A DNA stretch of 64,000 nt from Octopus sinensis (Eukaryota): assembly GCF_006345805.1 (NCBI RefSeq), contig NC_043004.1, forward strand, positions 42,656,001-42,720,000, written 5' to 3'. The notes beneath the pieces were generated by a model, which saw only the letters and a program-made list of their open reading frames with translations, did not search any database and was not told where the DNA came from. How positions within the stretch are numbered: position 1 is the first letter of the stretch; each line of letters opens with the position of its first letter. Positions 27,024 through 41,480 of the stretch are shown one piece after another. The translations under genes and the position numbers were made by a program.

Positions 27024-27197
27024 ATATATACGTAAACCATAAAAACTCAGCACGAATGAAAAGTGGATATGTTTATTTAACCACTTGTCATCCTTAGCAT
27101 TACGGCATTTCACACCTTTCAAGACGAAACCATAAGTTCTGTGCATAAAGTAGTTTAATTAGCTACATTAATATGAATAGCACGCGTAGCTCATCAG

Positions 27198-27825
27198 ATC
27201 ACCAGAAGATTATGATTACAGCACTACTTCAAATTTGCGAGAGGCGCATGACTCTATGAACCCATATATTACATTGCCCCCGTACTCAAACACACACACA
27301 CAAACACACATACACACACACACACTTACATAGGTATAAGTATATATATCTATATTTATATCTATATATATGTGTGTGTGTGTATTAATGTGTGCATATA
27401 CATATCACCAGAAGATTATGATTACAGCACTACTTCAAATTTGCGAGAGGCGCATGACTCTATGAACCCATATATTACATTGCCCCCGTACTCAAACACA
27501 CACACACACATAAACACACATACACACACACACACTTACATAGGTATAAGTATATATATCTATATTTATATCTATATATATGTGTGTGTGTGTATTAATG
27601 TGTGCATATACATATCACCAGAAGATTATGATTACAGCACTACTTCAAATTTGCGAGAGGCGCATGACTCTATGAACCCATATATTACATTGCCCCCGTA
27701 CTCAAACACACACACACACACAAACACACATACACACACACACATTTACATAGGTATAAGTATATATATCTATATTTATATCTATATATATGTGTGTGTG
27801 TGTATTAATGTGTGCATATACATAT
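27198..27825. repeat. Three near-identical tandem units of about 206-210 bp
   Basis: atcaccagaagattatgattacagc recurs at 27198, 27404 and 27614. Confidence 0.95.
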
Positions 27826-28351
27826 TTACGTGTATATATTATATATCTAGCTCTATTTTCTATATGTGTCTATGTCTGTCTGTGTGTGTGTCTCTCTCTC
27901 ACTCTCTCTCACACTCTCACCCATTCTTTCTTCTCTCCCTCTCTCTCTCTCTCACTGTAACACTATTGTATGTAAATGTTCCGTATACGTACAAGGAAAT
28001 GTATACATTTACACTGAGGCTGCCGCAAGTACATTTGAATATGAATTATACGTGCTGGTTTAGGGATAGAAATAAAGCTACTTTCATATCTTTCACTACT
28101 TTTCGCTGTATATTTACAAGGCACAATCGTACAAGGTTGGTAACGGTGTCCGTAAGTTGCACCTATCGGAAGCTTATGAAATATTTAAATGCAAATCGAA
28201 CATTATCAACTAAAGAATTGACGTAATAATAAAATAACTGCATATTGTACCACACGTCATTCCAAAAGAAAACTAAAAATTATTTTAGTAGCTTCATCTA
28301 AATACTTGATAAACATTTCTACAACAGAAATACTTATAAGTATATGCCTCG

Positions 28352-28742
28352 GATCTTTTTGGTTTGAACGGCAGTTTTTTCTAGCGGTGTCATGAAACCT
28401 TCACCCATAATTATGACCCTAGTATCGATCTATTGCCTTTCAATCTATTTTAGGGTTAGGGTATCTTTTCTTCTTCACAAATAAACCCAATCTGTTTCTT
28501 AAACGAGGGACATATTCACACGGCACAGAATGTTTTTTTTTTACATCAATAGACGTCACTGATTGGTTGAAATTGCAGAAATTGAAGAAAAAAACAACGA
28601 ATATCTTACAAAGTATAGAATTTTCTCAATACAGCCAAGAGAAAAAGATGTTTTATAAACACATTCTACCAGTATACGAAGTGTAACATTGTTTAGTTTC
28701 CTAGAAATTATGTTAAAATCTGCCGTTCAAACCTAAAAGATC
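28352..28742. mobile_element. MITE with 23-bp TIRs
   Basis: gatctttttggtttgaacggcag vs ctgccgttcaaacctaaaagatc (22/23 match); no coding capacity. Confidence 0.85.
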
Positions 28743-30775
28743 ATATGTCTCCTCATTGGATACTATAACCTCTAAATTTTTCCGAGATTTCTCCTGTTTC
28801 TACCTTAATTTACTCTAATTAATTTATCACAGGCGAGGCCGATTATATTAAATCGCTCAGAAGTTTAGCCCTACCCTTAAGCAATATTGATGTATACGCT
28901 GTTTGATTGCGGAATATCTTTAATCCTTAATACAAAAACTACTTAATAAATAGTTCACATTAGTTAATATAATATCCATTTTGTACCGTTAATCGTCCCT
29001 ATAAGTTTACTGTTTTTTACCGACTAGCATATGATCAAGTTTCTTCTAAATGTAGTCCCTTGAATTTACCCACGGTTCTATTTCTTGTACCTCATTTAAC
29101 CTTATTTTCGCTTATTTACTTATCTTACCTTATTTAGTTAATTATTAAATATTTGTTTAATTCTCTGTGTACTTGTAGCGCATTGTTTCCATAAACAACT
29201 TACGTAATCGTAAATATTTTAAATCCTATAATCTTTAATGCTATAGCTTAAATAACTATGATACAATTTAAATGGGTGAATACTATCTCAACGTATGCTT
29301 TTCGTGTGTGATAAGTTCTAATGAATAGAACAATTGAATATGTTAATAATCAGTCTTGGTTAATTAAGTATTAATACTCTACAATTATATCTGTACTTCG
29401 AATATAGTGTTTTTTGCTATATCATGCGTGTGCTTATGTATACATAACCCATAAGTGTGGTGCATGTTTGTTCGTGCGTATATGTGTACGTCTATGTGTG
29501 CGCGCGAAACCAGTTATACATATATATCTTTTATTCGTGTGTCCTAATGCACGTTTTTGAGGAATTGGGTATGTATACACACACTAAATGTTAACTTTAT
29601 GCACTCATACACACACACACGCACAAACACACACACGCACACACACATTGGATATATGATATATATATATATATATATGATATATATAAGGTATTCCATA
29701 TACATACATACACACATACATTCACATATATGTATATATACATATATACATACTTACATACACATATATGTATATAGATAGATATATAGATAGATGGATG
29801 GATGGATGGCTGGATGGATTGGTAGAAAGACAGATAAGCAGACGAACGGACAGACAGACAGAATAATACATAGACAAATAGACAGATAAAATATTCTTAG
29901 AGTTTGCGAATAAATTCAGTCTTTGCATTGAGCCTGTAGTATCTCAAATCACTTCTAAATAGATTTACTATAGATAAGCAGCCGGCTCGTGCCAAAATAA
30001 ATTTGAAGTTAATCTTTCTGGCATCACATGTCTAAGGGAGTAATTTGTAAAATGAGCTACCTATATTGTTGTATATAGGCTACACAATTGGAAGACACTT
30101 CGGTTGATTATTTTCAGCATCTCTTCGAATTAAGTAATCCCAATTTGTAGATAATTTCTCTGATATTTACTAGACTATTTTGTACTTCGAAGTTTAAGTT
30201 TTTCATTAATTTATTTAAAGAAACATAAACAGCATCGACATACAAAATTGTTTGTTGTGTACTCTTCTCATGCAATTGAAATGTTACCTGATACTGATTG
30301 TTGAACTCTTTCACTTTTCGTGCTGTTAATTCTTCTGTTATACCATGTTAATGAGGTTATATCTAATGTAGAACACTATCAAATTCAAAACTATTTTTCC
30401 AACTTCTATGTCGCAAGACTCCACTGATTATTACAAAATGAGTGTACAATACAATGTAAATGACTAACTTTAGATACAATGCACACAAATTTTTATGCTG
30501 CGCATTATATTGCGACCTGGTCTGTGTTAATCTCATAATTGGTTCTCAAATAATCTAATTTTACATATCTATGCTTTCTTTTATAAGTATGTAAATATAT
30601 ATATATATATATTTTAAAATTATAAGTATATGAAAGAATGGAGTCTTCCGCAAGAAGACACGTAGTCTATGCCCTAAGGACGTAGCTTCAACCGTGTTCT
30701 TTCTGATGTGAATTTGCTACCCAGGTATCGGTTATCTTTCGAATTATCCTTAATAAGATAATTCATTCAACTACT

Positions 30776-30779
<4 letters not shown>

Positions 30780-30850
<71 letters not shown>
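30780..30850. repeat. Pure (TA)n
   Basis: Visible run. Confidence 0.95.
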
Positions 30851-30853
<3 letters not shown>

Positions 30854-31140
30854 TTTACGTACATGATCCATTGTAGTTAGGCATCGAAATGCACTTGGAA
30901 AACCCAAAGCTGAGTTCTAGTTAACTGCAATGCTGAAATGTACGTTGGTGCTCTGTATTTATACTCGCGTTTTAAATAATTGTCTGCTCTATAAATGCCC
31001 TGTATATTATGACTAGTAACACTGTTAAATACAGTTGTCGACTAACTTCCATACCGTCGATACTGGAAGTCGACTGAGGAACAATACTCTACGTGGATCT
31101 TTAACTGTATACAAGTAATCGTATATCTAACTGAACACTA

Positions 31141-31300
31141 TATGGTGCACCCACATGATTGTGCACCTCCATGAAGTTGTATGAATCGACCCAGCATTTA
31201 TTTTTTTAAGACCTGGCACTTATTCTGTTGACCCTTTTCGCGAACTGCTACGTTTCTAGGAGGTAAACAAAGTGACACCGATCGTCAAGCTGTGGTGGAA
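31141..31300 (-). mobile_element. Decayed 3' part of SINE family A
   Basis: Similar to 14240-14400 (gcacttattctgttgaccc...cgaactgcta...tcgtcaagctgtggtg). Confidence 0.5.
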
Positions 31301-32589
31301 ACACATAAATACATTCATACATCAACAAACACAGACAAACACACACACGCACACACACACACACATACACACACACACACACATCCACGCACACATGCAT
31401 ACACACATGTATATAGAAACTCGAAAGAAATGTCGTTCGGCACATAAATTTTGTGTCACGGAACCACTTTCCCTGAAGAATAGAATTCGTCTTCCTTAGA
31501 GAGGGGCAAAACTTAAAATCATTTGAATTATTCACTTTTAAGCATATTAAGAATTTTTCACCACCAACGGGATACCAAGGAATATTAAGCACAGCCAAAT
31601 TGAAATCAGAATATTTGGATCTCTCTTTGATTGAGAAATAAGTAACAGTTTTTAATAAATAACCAAGCAATGCAAGGCATCTACGATAAATTACTATTAA
31701 TTATAAGCCGATGTTGACAAATTATACTTTGCATATTTTTAGCGTCTATAATGATATTATTAGTATCTGTGTGATATTCGGGTAGAATGAAACCGAAGAG
31801 AATCTAGGCTACATTTATTACCGGTCTCTGTAGCTTATTGATATTTACTAAGTATATTTCGATTAATATCGCTATACTAACTGTACATACTGATTTTCCC
31901 GAAATACATATTGATTTAAATTATTGAATTATATTTGACTTTTCCCTATAGTATATTAGTTTAACGTCTGAGCTCGATTGACATTCATTCAATAAATATT
32001 GAGATTAAACTCGTTTTATGTTGACAGTTACTGGATGTATGTGTTAATAATGTTAAAGTTATATTGACGTTGTCTCATTGCACATTGATTGAACATCTCT
32101 GATCTGTTGCAGTTTACTAAATAAATATTGATCTTAGGATGTGCAAAATAGAATTAACGGCTTGCTGCTGATTCATAATGGCTCAGATACATCAGAGTTC
32201 CAGTCCGTTATTCAATTGAATATATGTATCGTTAAAAGGCTTTGAAACTTTATATTGATTTACTTTGGGAACAAAGCCAGGGGCAATTTATTGATATGAC
32301 GCAATATATTACTGATATTTTATTGACTGCAAAAGAATGAAAAGGAATACGGACATCTTTTTCGAGTTATGTTCAAAGAACGGAAACGGAGTGGAATCAA
32401 ATAGTAGTACTGGTCGTATTGTATTTCACGCACCATTTTCTACACTTTACCCAATCACCGCTTTTCGTAAAGCGCAGACCACTCTTTAAAGATCAATAAA
32501 TACATATGGAATATAACGTGACACTTACTTTACAAACAAGAGGAAATCGTCATAGCCTCATAACGCTTGACTTTACCTCAATAATTATT

Positions 32590-32715
32590 TTATCGATCCC
32601 GAAAGTGATAAAAGGCAAAGTCGATCCCGGCGGAATATGAATTCAGAACGTAAAGACGGGTGAAATGCCGCTAAGCATTCTATCCAGGTGCTATCGATTC
32701 TGCTGTCTCGCCGGC
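32590..32715 (-). mobile_element. SINE family B fragment
   Basis: ggcaaagtcgatcccggcggaatatgaattcagaacgt...gctaagcatt. Confidence 0.75.
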
Positions 32716-34602
32716 TTTTTATCATAACATGACAAAGGGGATATATTTTAACTAAACTTTCCTTACTACGTGAGAACACAGTACTATAATTTTGTGGAAA
32801 AGTGTGTATTATTTCTATTATTTAGCAAGAATATAGTTCTCACAAATCTTGTCACTACATACATATGATATTAGCAACCCCCTTCTCAGACTCGATTAAA
32901 ACATTTGTAAAGATTACTTGAAGTGAAAATGGAGAAATTTGAATCTGATTTCAATTGCATTATTATATGTTAAAAACACATGGTTGGTAAAATTTCTTGA
33001 AGATATAATCTATGTATCTGTGTATGTGTGTGTGTGTTTGTGTGTAAGCGCCCGTCTGTGTGTGTATGCATGTATCTGTGTATACATTTTTATGTATATG
33101 CATATATATATATATGTGTGTGCGTGTACACATGTATATACTTATGTATATATGTGTGGATATTTTACCAGCGTTATGGAAAATATAGTAGAATGTATGA
33201 AAAGTGCGAAAATTGAAAGTGAATTGAATACCAACAGGGAAACATCGGGTGAATTTCAATAATGGCGTCTGCCCAACTGCAAGGCAGGTAATTCTGATAT
33301 ATTGTGAAAGTCGAAAATGAACTGAATATCAGTTATGTTACATCTCAGGTGTAAGGTTGATAAAAAAAACTATTGTTACATATGATAAGCAAAACTCCCT
33401 CTACTATGTAATAAATATTTGTACATATTAATATTTGTTTGCCCAGATCGTTTCACGTTCGATAAGCAATAATTGTATCTAAAGGGATACAGTGTCTTAA
33501 ATTTACTGAAATAGCGAATTGATAATACATCAGAGAACCGTAAAATTAGAAAACAAAACGAAACAATAGGCAATCATATTAATATTTTTTTTTACACTTA
33601 AAACATTTTCAGCCATTCATGTATAGTGTCCCGAGTCATAAACTTACACGATATAGAATATTTATTAATCTATATTGCATGTAATAACGATTCGTGTTTA
33701 TTTTACAAAGATCGCACGTATGGAAAGGTAACGGCTCGGGTTGGATAGCAAAAGAGACAGAGCCAGGGAATTGAATTTTTTACTAAAATCTCCCGACAGA
33801 ACTGACGCAACTTTGTATTAAAATAATTTGTGGTACTTACAGAGCTAAAACATTCAAAATTTGTTTCATTCTATCGTAATTAAACCTGTACATGTGGAGT
33901 AGTACTGGATTTGAGATACGCATTGAATATTGTTGTCCTCTGAGTTTTGTATTGGAAATTAGAATGACTGATATCCCTGGAACAAAAGCAGTTGAAGAGC
34001 GTCAAATTCTTCAAACAGGTTTCAATTTTCGTCAATACTTATTTCATGACACTTAATTGAATGATGGTCAAGTGATGTTTTGATATTTACAAAGCTACAC
34101 ATTATTTGTCAACTACCTTGGACATTCGAGATTAAATTAGTTGAGTCAGTTCCGATTAAGCAAATCTATGCCGAAATTCATCCTTGGCATTAATCTAACG
34201 TTCATTTATTATTTATAAACGTTAATTTTTTTATTCATAAGCCAGACTACGTCTTATGCTCTCTTTTGTTTGTGGGACCGCCGTACTCTATTCTCAATCT
34301 TGCACTACTTTTGAGATTTTGAGAATTTTACTCTCCTTGAGATTCCTGTTCTTTTTCTCTGTTGCCCTTGTTCCCTGGGAGAGATTCGTCGCATATTGTT
34401 TGCATTAGAGACTTGAAATGCTAACGATTCATGTCAATTTCTGGTGGAGAGACATATTGAGACCAATCCAATTTCAGTATCTTTTTCTGAATCAATTTCT
34501 AGTTTGATTTATGAATTGTGGGACTGGAGGGATTTCGAGTGCGTATAGGCTGTGTTTCCAGATTGTTTTATTGGTCAGCATCCGTTTATGGCATATTATT
34601 TT

Positions 34603-35060
34603 ATGTTGAAAGCATATTATTTTGAATTGTCTTGCCACCCGCTACAAATCTACGAAGATGCAACGTCTCAGAAAATGATATATGCATATGCGGAAAAGTC
34701 GGAACACTGAAATTTATTCGTTCCAACTGTCCACTGGCATCGAATTGATATACATGGAGACACAGCCTGGTCCTTACGGTCATCTTCAATGCTATAAAGA
34801 ACCAGATTCCTCACTAACAGTGGAAAAATCCATTGGAAGAAACAACCAGAGATGTCATTACATTCATGCGCTCAGGACAACAGATCCGTTTCAAGGAGAA
34901 GAAATTCTCTGTGAGCGATGAAAAGTGGAACATATATTGGGAGGTGGCTGCAGATTTACCAGGGTATCCGGGATTCCATCCTATCCTAGTTACGAAAGAA
35001 TAGGATATTATAACGTGGTGCGATAGAAAGAAAGTGGGGAATTTTCTCCTGATGACCCCA
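34603..35060 (+). pseudogene. C-terminal fragment of a HERO-like RLE LINE
   Basis: One frame with stops: LPPATNL...CICG..TLKFI..C...YTWRHSLVL (CCHC-like), then WEVAADLPG...DIITW (RLE-like). Confidence 0.65.
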
Positions 35061-35551
35061 TAAACTTGCTGGCTTCCGGTATACAGAACTTTCAACTGGT
35101 AGAACTTACATGTGCAAGTTGTTTGCAAAACATGTCTGTGAAATTTTCTTCATATTTTAGTGAACAATGACATATAAATTTTCCATTGTTATATAATACA
35201 TTATACATATTCAAATTGTTACCTACTTTTTATACAAAATGTGATAGTGACAATGCTTTGCAATGTTATTCATTGTGCATAATGTTTGATTAAATTTATA
35301 GAAAACATATTAACGACGATAGAATTACGAAAAGAGTTTTTCTAATGTTTCTTTACACTGAGGAATTTCAGACAGCTGCCAAAACATATAAAGTATAATT
35401 TTCATAAATATTTAATTCAGAACGAGGCAATATTTTTTCCAAGAGATGCATCAAAGTACCGAGAATTCCATTCTGGACATTCAGCTGACAATGCAGTCTG
35501 TGAAAGTCATAGGAAGAGAGAGTGTTAGTAATAACTTACGTACACATTATA

Positions 35552-36770
35552 TTAGGTCGTCAAGCATGAAATTTGTAAAAAAGGAAAAGCATTTGCTAAT
35601 GTTTTATAAATACAAAGAATAGTTTATTCATCAAAGTATACATTCATATTGTCAATACACTTCTGCCATTTCAGCGGTAGCTTGTGCAGCCCGGAAATGT
35701 AAAAGCCTGGCAATCTAGAGTCAATAAAATCTTGCAAGATCTGTTTTACAGCATTACCGGAATTAAATTTGTTTCCTAACAAAACGTTATTCAAATTCTG
35801 GAAGAAGCGGTAGCCAGTGGGAGCAAGATCAGGTGAGTATGATGGATGATGGAGAACTTGCAATTCCAAATCCTGTAGTTTCGACAAAGACATTTTTTTG
35901 TGATCCGGCGTTGTCTTGCAACAAAATAGGAGTTGATCTGTTGACTAATCTAGACTGTTTTTGGAAGTTTCTGTATCATTTGGTCCAGTTGGCTGCAGTA
36001 TGCTTCGGCCTGAATGATGAGCCAGGTTTAATGAAATCATAATAGATCACACCTGCACCAGCTTGTTTTGATGAATTTTGATTTTTGGAATATGTTTGAC
36101 CACCCATCGTGCTGAACGTTTACGGTTGTTGTATTGGATCCATTTCTGATTACATATTACAATCCGATGCAAAAGTTATTCATTTCTGTATCAAGAAATT
36201 AGCATAATGCAAGCTTCCAATCGTTGCTGTTTCTGATTTCCATTTAGTTCATATGGAACCCACTTGTCCAACATTTTCACTTTACTGATTTGAACTAGGT
36301 GAGCCAATATTGTTTGCTTGTTATCACCAAAGAACAATAATTCACGGGATCTTTGAGATGGATCTTACCCTACAGTGGCTTTCAGTTCGTCATTATCAAC
36401 TTTTGTTTCTTGTCGACCGTGTTACTCCTTTGTGAGGTAGAAGTTACCAGAGGGAGATTTTGCAAATCAATTTGATACTGTCTGCTGTGTAATAACATTA
36501 GAATGAAATACTCCATTAATATTGCAAGCTGTCTGTGATGCTGTATTTCCAAGAAAGAATTCATATTTCAAAACCGTACGAATTTCCGACTTATCCATCT
36601 CTAAACAAAAATAGCAAAAAAAAACAAAACAATTTATAGATACTTTATAAAGCGCAAAATTAGTTAGAATAAAGGAATAGATGTGTCAGATTGTTAAAAT
36701 ATAATAATGGCGCAAAATGAACCAAACTATACCAAATGCCTTACTACAAATTTCATACTTGACGACCTAA
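35552..36770 (-). mobile_element. Full-length decayed mariner (DD34D-type)
   Basis: TIRs ttaggtcgtcaag(c/t)atgaaatttgta at both ends with TA duplication. Transposase pieces include LLQDNA and HPSYSPDLAPTGY...KWQKCIDNMNVYFDE. Confidence 0.9.
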
Positions 36771-39279
36771 TAATTTAAGACACTCGTGGTATTATAATAT
36801 AATTTCCTTTTCATAACTTTTAATTTATATTCTATTCAATTCTATTCTATTGTAATTTCTTTTGTTTTACTCGGTCAGCTTTAGTATCGTCACTTAAGAA
36901 ATCTAAAGTCGAGGAGTATCGTTTTATCCGCTGTACATAATACAATTGATTCACTAGTAGAGTAGTAATGTTTGTTTTTACTATTTTAGTATTATACATG
37001 TTTCACTAATTGGACTGCAACAATACTGCAGCAGTATTTTGAAGAGTTATTCAAGGAAATCGATCTCAGAAATTACTCTAAGTCTAGTACATATTCTATC
37101 GTTTAAAACCGTAGGGAGTAAAACAGATGTAGAAACACACACTTTCACACACAAAATCACACACACATACACACAAACGAGGAACCTCTAAAATGTTTAC
37201 ATTCGCAGAATTCACGTAGAGGCCATTAACTGGCCAGAAGTTAATTGGTAAAATATTATTCCACTGCATAGAAGGAACATCCGCTTCAGCTATGGTACAA
37301 CGTTTGAGTGAAAGTTGGTAAACAGATACAATTTGTTTGCTTATGGTAGTCTGTGAGTTTTCATATTCACATATCTGTGAATATGAAGAAGTTGTGGAAA
37401 TATACATGATAAAAATAAAACGTAAAACTTAGCAAAGTTGACAAGAATAAAATTAATAGTGTCCCTGGAGGAAAATGAAGGATCCATTCAAGGTGCTGTT
37501 GCTGCATAGGTAGGTGATGAATGGCCTATACGAATACGAGATTAAAACAGTCTTATAACCGACTTCTCAATGTAGAATTTACTTTAGAATTAGTAAGAGA
37601 TTTTATTAGCAATTGTACCAAGAAAACTATGTTGACTGCATGACAGATATTTTAGTAGTGAACAGAGTATAATAAGTTTGCGTCTTCACATGCATATTTT
37701 TTTCTGATTGAAAAGGATAAAATATCAATTGTGGCAGCTGTAGTTTGACATTAGGAGCTTAAGAAGATGTAATTGAATAATATCAGCCTAATAATAGGAA
37801 AATGAACAAATTGCTGTGCCTCACTTATTTAATGATAGTACTTTATTGCATTACTGCCATGTCACAATTTAGGGTATAATCGACTTTATCGAACACAGCA
37901 TGTGATCTTTGCTTTTACTTTATCAACATTGAAGGACGAAAGGAAAACAGATCTCGGCGATGTAACCCCGGTTATGAACAGCGACATATGCGCAGACTGA
38001 GATGACAGTGCCCCAATAATTCCCTAATACCCAATGGAATTTGTGAGTTTCTTATCTTTCTCCGAATGGAAGTCAACAACAGAATAATAATTTCATTTGC
38101 TGTTTGAATCTGCGAGTACAAGTTAACAATGGATACACATATCTTGTTTACATACACGCATACATACACACATACACACATACATACATACATTCATACA
38201 TACATACAGACAGATGGATATATCATGCACCTCATGGATTCGTCAATTCGGTTTTCCTCCTCGATCAATACAAGAGCTAAACGCACATAAATTATTTACA
38301 TATATACACACCTACATACGTACAAACAGATACATACATGCCCACATACATACATGCATGCATACATCTCAATTCCGCTTTCATCAATCAACGCAGCAAG
38401 AGCCTTACGTTGAAATATGTTCGAAGTGTTTGGGCATCGAGTAATTAGTATAATCTAAAATAAAAAGCATTGTCAAATATATCTATATAATTCTATATGC
38501 TCATGCCATCTGGTACATTACTGTAAATTATTTTATGTCCGTTCATGCTATGGAACGTATCCTTTCGGTTAAATTCTTTGTCTTTTTTCGTATACTTCAT
38601 GCGTATATGCACACATACACACACAAGCACAGACATACACGTGTGTCTGTCGTGTCCCTGTCTCTATCCGTTTCTCACTAACTTTCCCTATAGCTTTATA
38701 TTTGTGGACATATATTTATACTTACGTATATAAATTTACACGCACTCACACACACCCACATATGATAGTGAATATTTATTTATGTCTTTTAAAAATATTC
38801 ATTGCCAGATAGATACATAGAGATATTTGAAACTATCAAAAGGGAAGACAATATAAATTTTATGTCACCTAGTTACAGTATTAGCGACCAAATAATATAT
38901 AAAGGGAAACATCATACTTCTATAGTTTAATATCATATTTTCGACACGTAATTATTACTGACGTAAGAGCAAAAGGAGACTACATGCATGAAATGCAGGA
39001 AAACAAGTTATGCCATGTATTGAAATTCTAAATTTGATTTTAAAATATTTCCTCCCTTTGATGTTGAGGAATATAAAATTAATGAAAAAATATATATAAC
39101 TCAATCTATTCAATATACATATGTAAAAGCTCTCGTAATAAATTTTTTTTACAAGTTTAATCAGACAAAAAAAAATTGTAACAGTTTAAAGTCGTGCCTG
39201 TTAATATATCAAAATTGTATAGGAAATAATATACACTGTTTGATATCTACTGAGGAAGCTGCTATGTATAACGTTTACT

Positions 39280-39327
<48 letters not shown>

Positions 39328-40385
39328 TGTGTGTGTGTGTGTGTCCATATATTTCTGTGTCCGTGTATGTTTAAATGTATGAATACATACAGACATATGT
39401 GAATCTGTATATATATATGTATTTATATCCCAATATACATCTTTACTATGTATACATCTGTATATGAATACACACACACGCACAGATGCTCTAACACACG
39501 TATACGTCTGTGCATGTGTGATGTGAAAGAGTTTAGTGAACACTATGAAGAATGTTTTATGATTTACATTCATGATAATAATTTCTGATGTGAATATTTT
39601 AAGTTTATGTATAAATATATATATATATGGATATATATCCATATATATATATATATATATAATATATATATATATATATAATATATATATATATACATAT
39701 ATATGTATGTATATACATATATACATATGTGTGTATGTGCGTATATGTATATTGTATATATATATATGTGTGCGTATTTATGTGTGTGTTGTATATGTAT
39801 ATAGGTGTACAAATATCTAAAATGTGTGTTTTTGTAGCTGTATGATAGGTTGGTTTTATTTTGAAAAAGACTCTCTCAGTAAAAGTATGACTTGGCTTCG
39901 ATGTATCAGAGGCAAATTTTCCCTCCTAAATTCCAGTCATTATAAGGAAAACTAAAACAGTTAACATGAAAAATGTTCTTAAAAAGAAAATTAATGAAAC
40001 ATTTTGATAAAAGAACGTATTTTCATAGTGATATTGATAAAAATAATAGATTGACTTACCTGTAAATTTGTAGATCAGCAAGTAGAGAAAAAGAAATGAA
40101 TAATAATAACGCATTCTTCGGCTTAGAAATGTGATAAAATACGAAGTATATGATCGGCAATGATAATGACAGGTCTGCAACACTTAAAAAAAAATTCTTT
40201 TTTAAATTTATTTATTAGACATTCACTAGTACAACACCAAAAAGAAGAAAATATATATATATATATATATATATGGCACACTAGGCATAACAACAGCGTG
40301 AACTTCCAACCAGTTGTCTCTTGAGGTCTCTGGGTGAGACTTGGAGCCAACTTGTACAAAAATAAACCCAAAGTCAGACATAGAA

Positions 40386-40390
40386 TAATA

Positions 40391-40425
<35 letters not shown>

Positions 40426-40427
40426 AG

Positions 40428-40458
<31 letters not shown>

Positions 40459-40498
40459 GGTGGTGCTGATGGTGATGATGATGATGATGGTGAGGATG

Positions 40499-40556
<58 letters not shown>

Positions 40557-40566
40557 TAATAATAAT
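40386..40566. repeat. (AAT)/(GAT)/(GGT) trinucleotide tract
   Basis: Visible runs. Confidence 0.95.
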
Positions 40567-41104
40567 GCTCTGATGCAGTACCAGGCAGTGGTTCTCGTGG
40601 CTTCTGATCTTAACTGATTGGAAGTGTTATCATGTACTTTGTTTTGTTTTGGTATAAAAGATGGACTACAGCAAATAGTCTGCTCGATACCACAGATTTG
40701 CGTGTCAGTTTTTTAACCTTAAGCAGTTGATCATATCCCTTAGTGGCTGACGATATGTGTATCTCTGATCATGAACAGAAGCAGAGGGGTAGCATCATAG
40801 GGATTCTTTGGGGTTTTAATAACTCACATTTTGAAACCTGTGTGTTTCGTTCTACATCCTTAAACAGCTTTTATTCAGCGAACTTTTGAGCGGCATGGGT
40901 TACTCGGCCAGAAGAAAATTCTAACTGGGCCCCACTTGCAAGGTCATGTGCTGTTTACCTTGACATGAGATCACCATGACGCGCACATGGTTGTGATGCA
41001 TGTGCCCAGTGTTTCCTTATCAGACGGGTAGTTATGATGTGTATTCTGGGCTTCGAATATATTACCCCAGTGTCACTTTGATGGCATGCACAACTCTCTC
41101 ACTC
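40567..41104 (+). mobile_element. About 540-bp non-coding (AAT)n-embedded element, copy 1
   Basis: Co-linear with 45081-45634, with the same ends (ctgatgc.gtaccaggcagtgg ... ctctcactc) and AAT on both sides. Strand assigned by analogy to the neighbouring LINEs. Confidence 0.8.
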
Positions 41105-41121
41105 AATAATAATAATAATAA

Positions 41122-41259
41122 TTGCAAAAAGCAGAATTATTGGGTACAGCACCCATCTTAAGGAAAGTATTATCTGTCTGAGGACCTTGTTGTGACTCGA
41201 CAGATGACCAAAGTCTATGGTGCATTTTTGCCTACAAATTTTTGTGTGTGTTACGAAGG
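41122..41259 (+). mobile_element. Extreme 3' tip of an RLE LINE (subfamily B)
   Basis: LQKAELLGTAPILRKVLSV-stop plus a short UTR, between AAT tracts. Confidence 0.7.
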
Positions 41260-41290
41260 AATAATAATAATAATGATAATAATAATAATA

Positions 41291-41325
<35 letters not shown>

Positions 41326-41419
41326 CAATAATAACAGTAATAATAATAACAATAATGATAATAATAATAATAATAATAATAACAATAATAATAGTAAGAC
41401 TAATAATAATAATAATAAC

Positions 41420-41476
<57 letters not shown>

Positions 41477-41480
<4 letters not shown>

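Noticed and set aside
27198-27825. CRISPR-like or ribozyme-multimer interpretation of the tandem array
   Set aside because: The units are identical with no variable spacers in a eukaryotic context. The nearby minus-strand CTGATGA (about 27191-27197) lies outside the unit and has no GAAA after its stem.
27372-28226. 284-aa ORF
   Set aside because: It is produced by the tandem repeat and microsatellites and has no domain-like content.
28450-28465. TTAGGG telomeric repeats
   Set aside because: Only two copies, inside a MITE.
41192-41476. N-terminal part of the 544-aa ORF (poly-Ile/poly-Asn)
   Set aside because: It is a read-through of a LINE 3' UTR and an (AAT)n tract; only 41477-42826 is real coding sequence.
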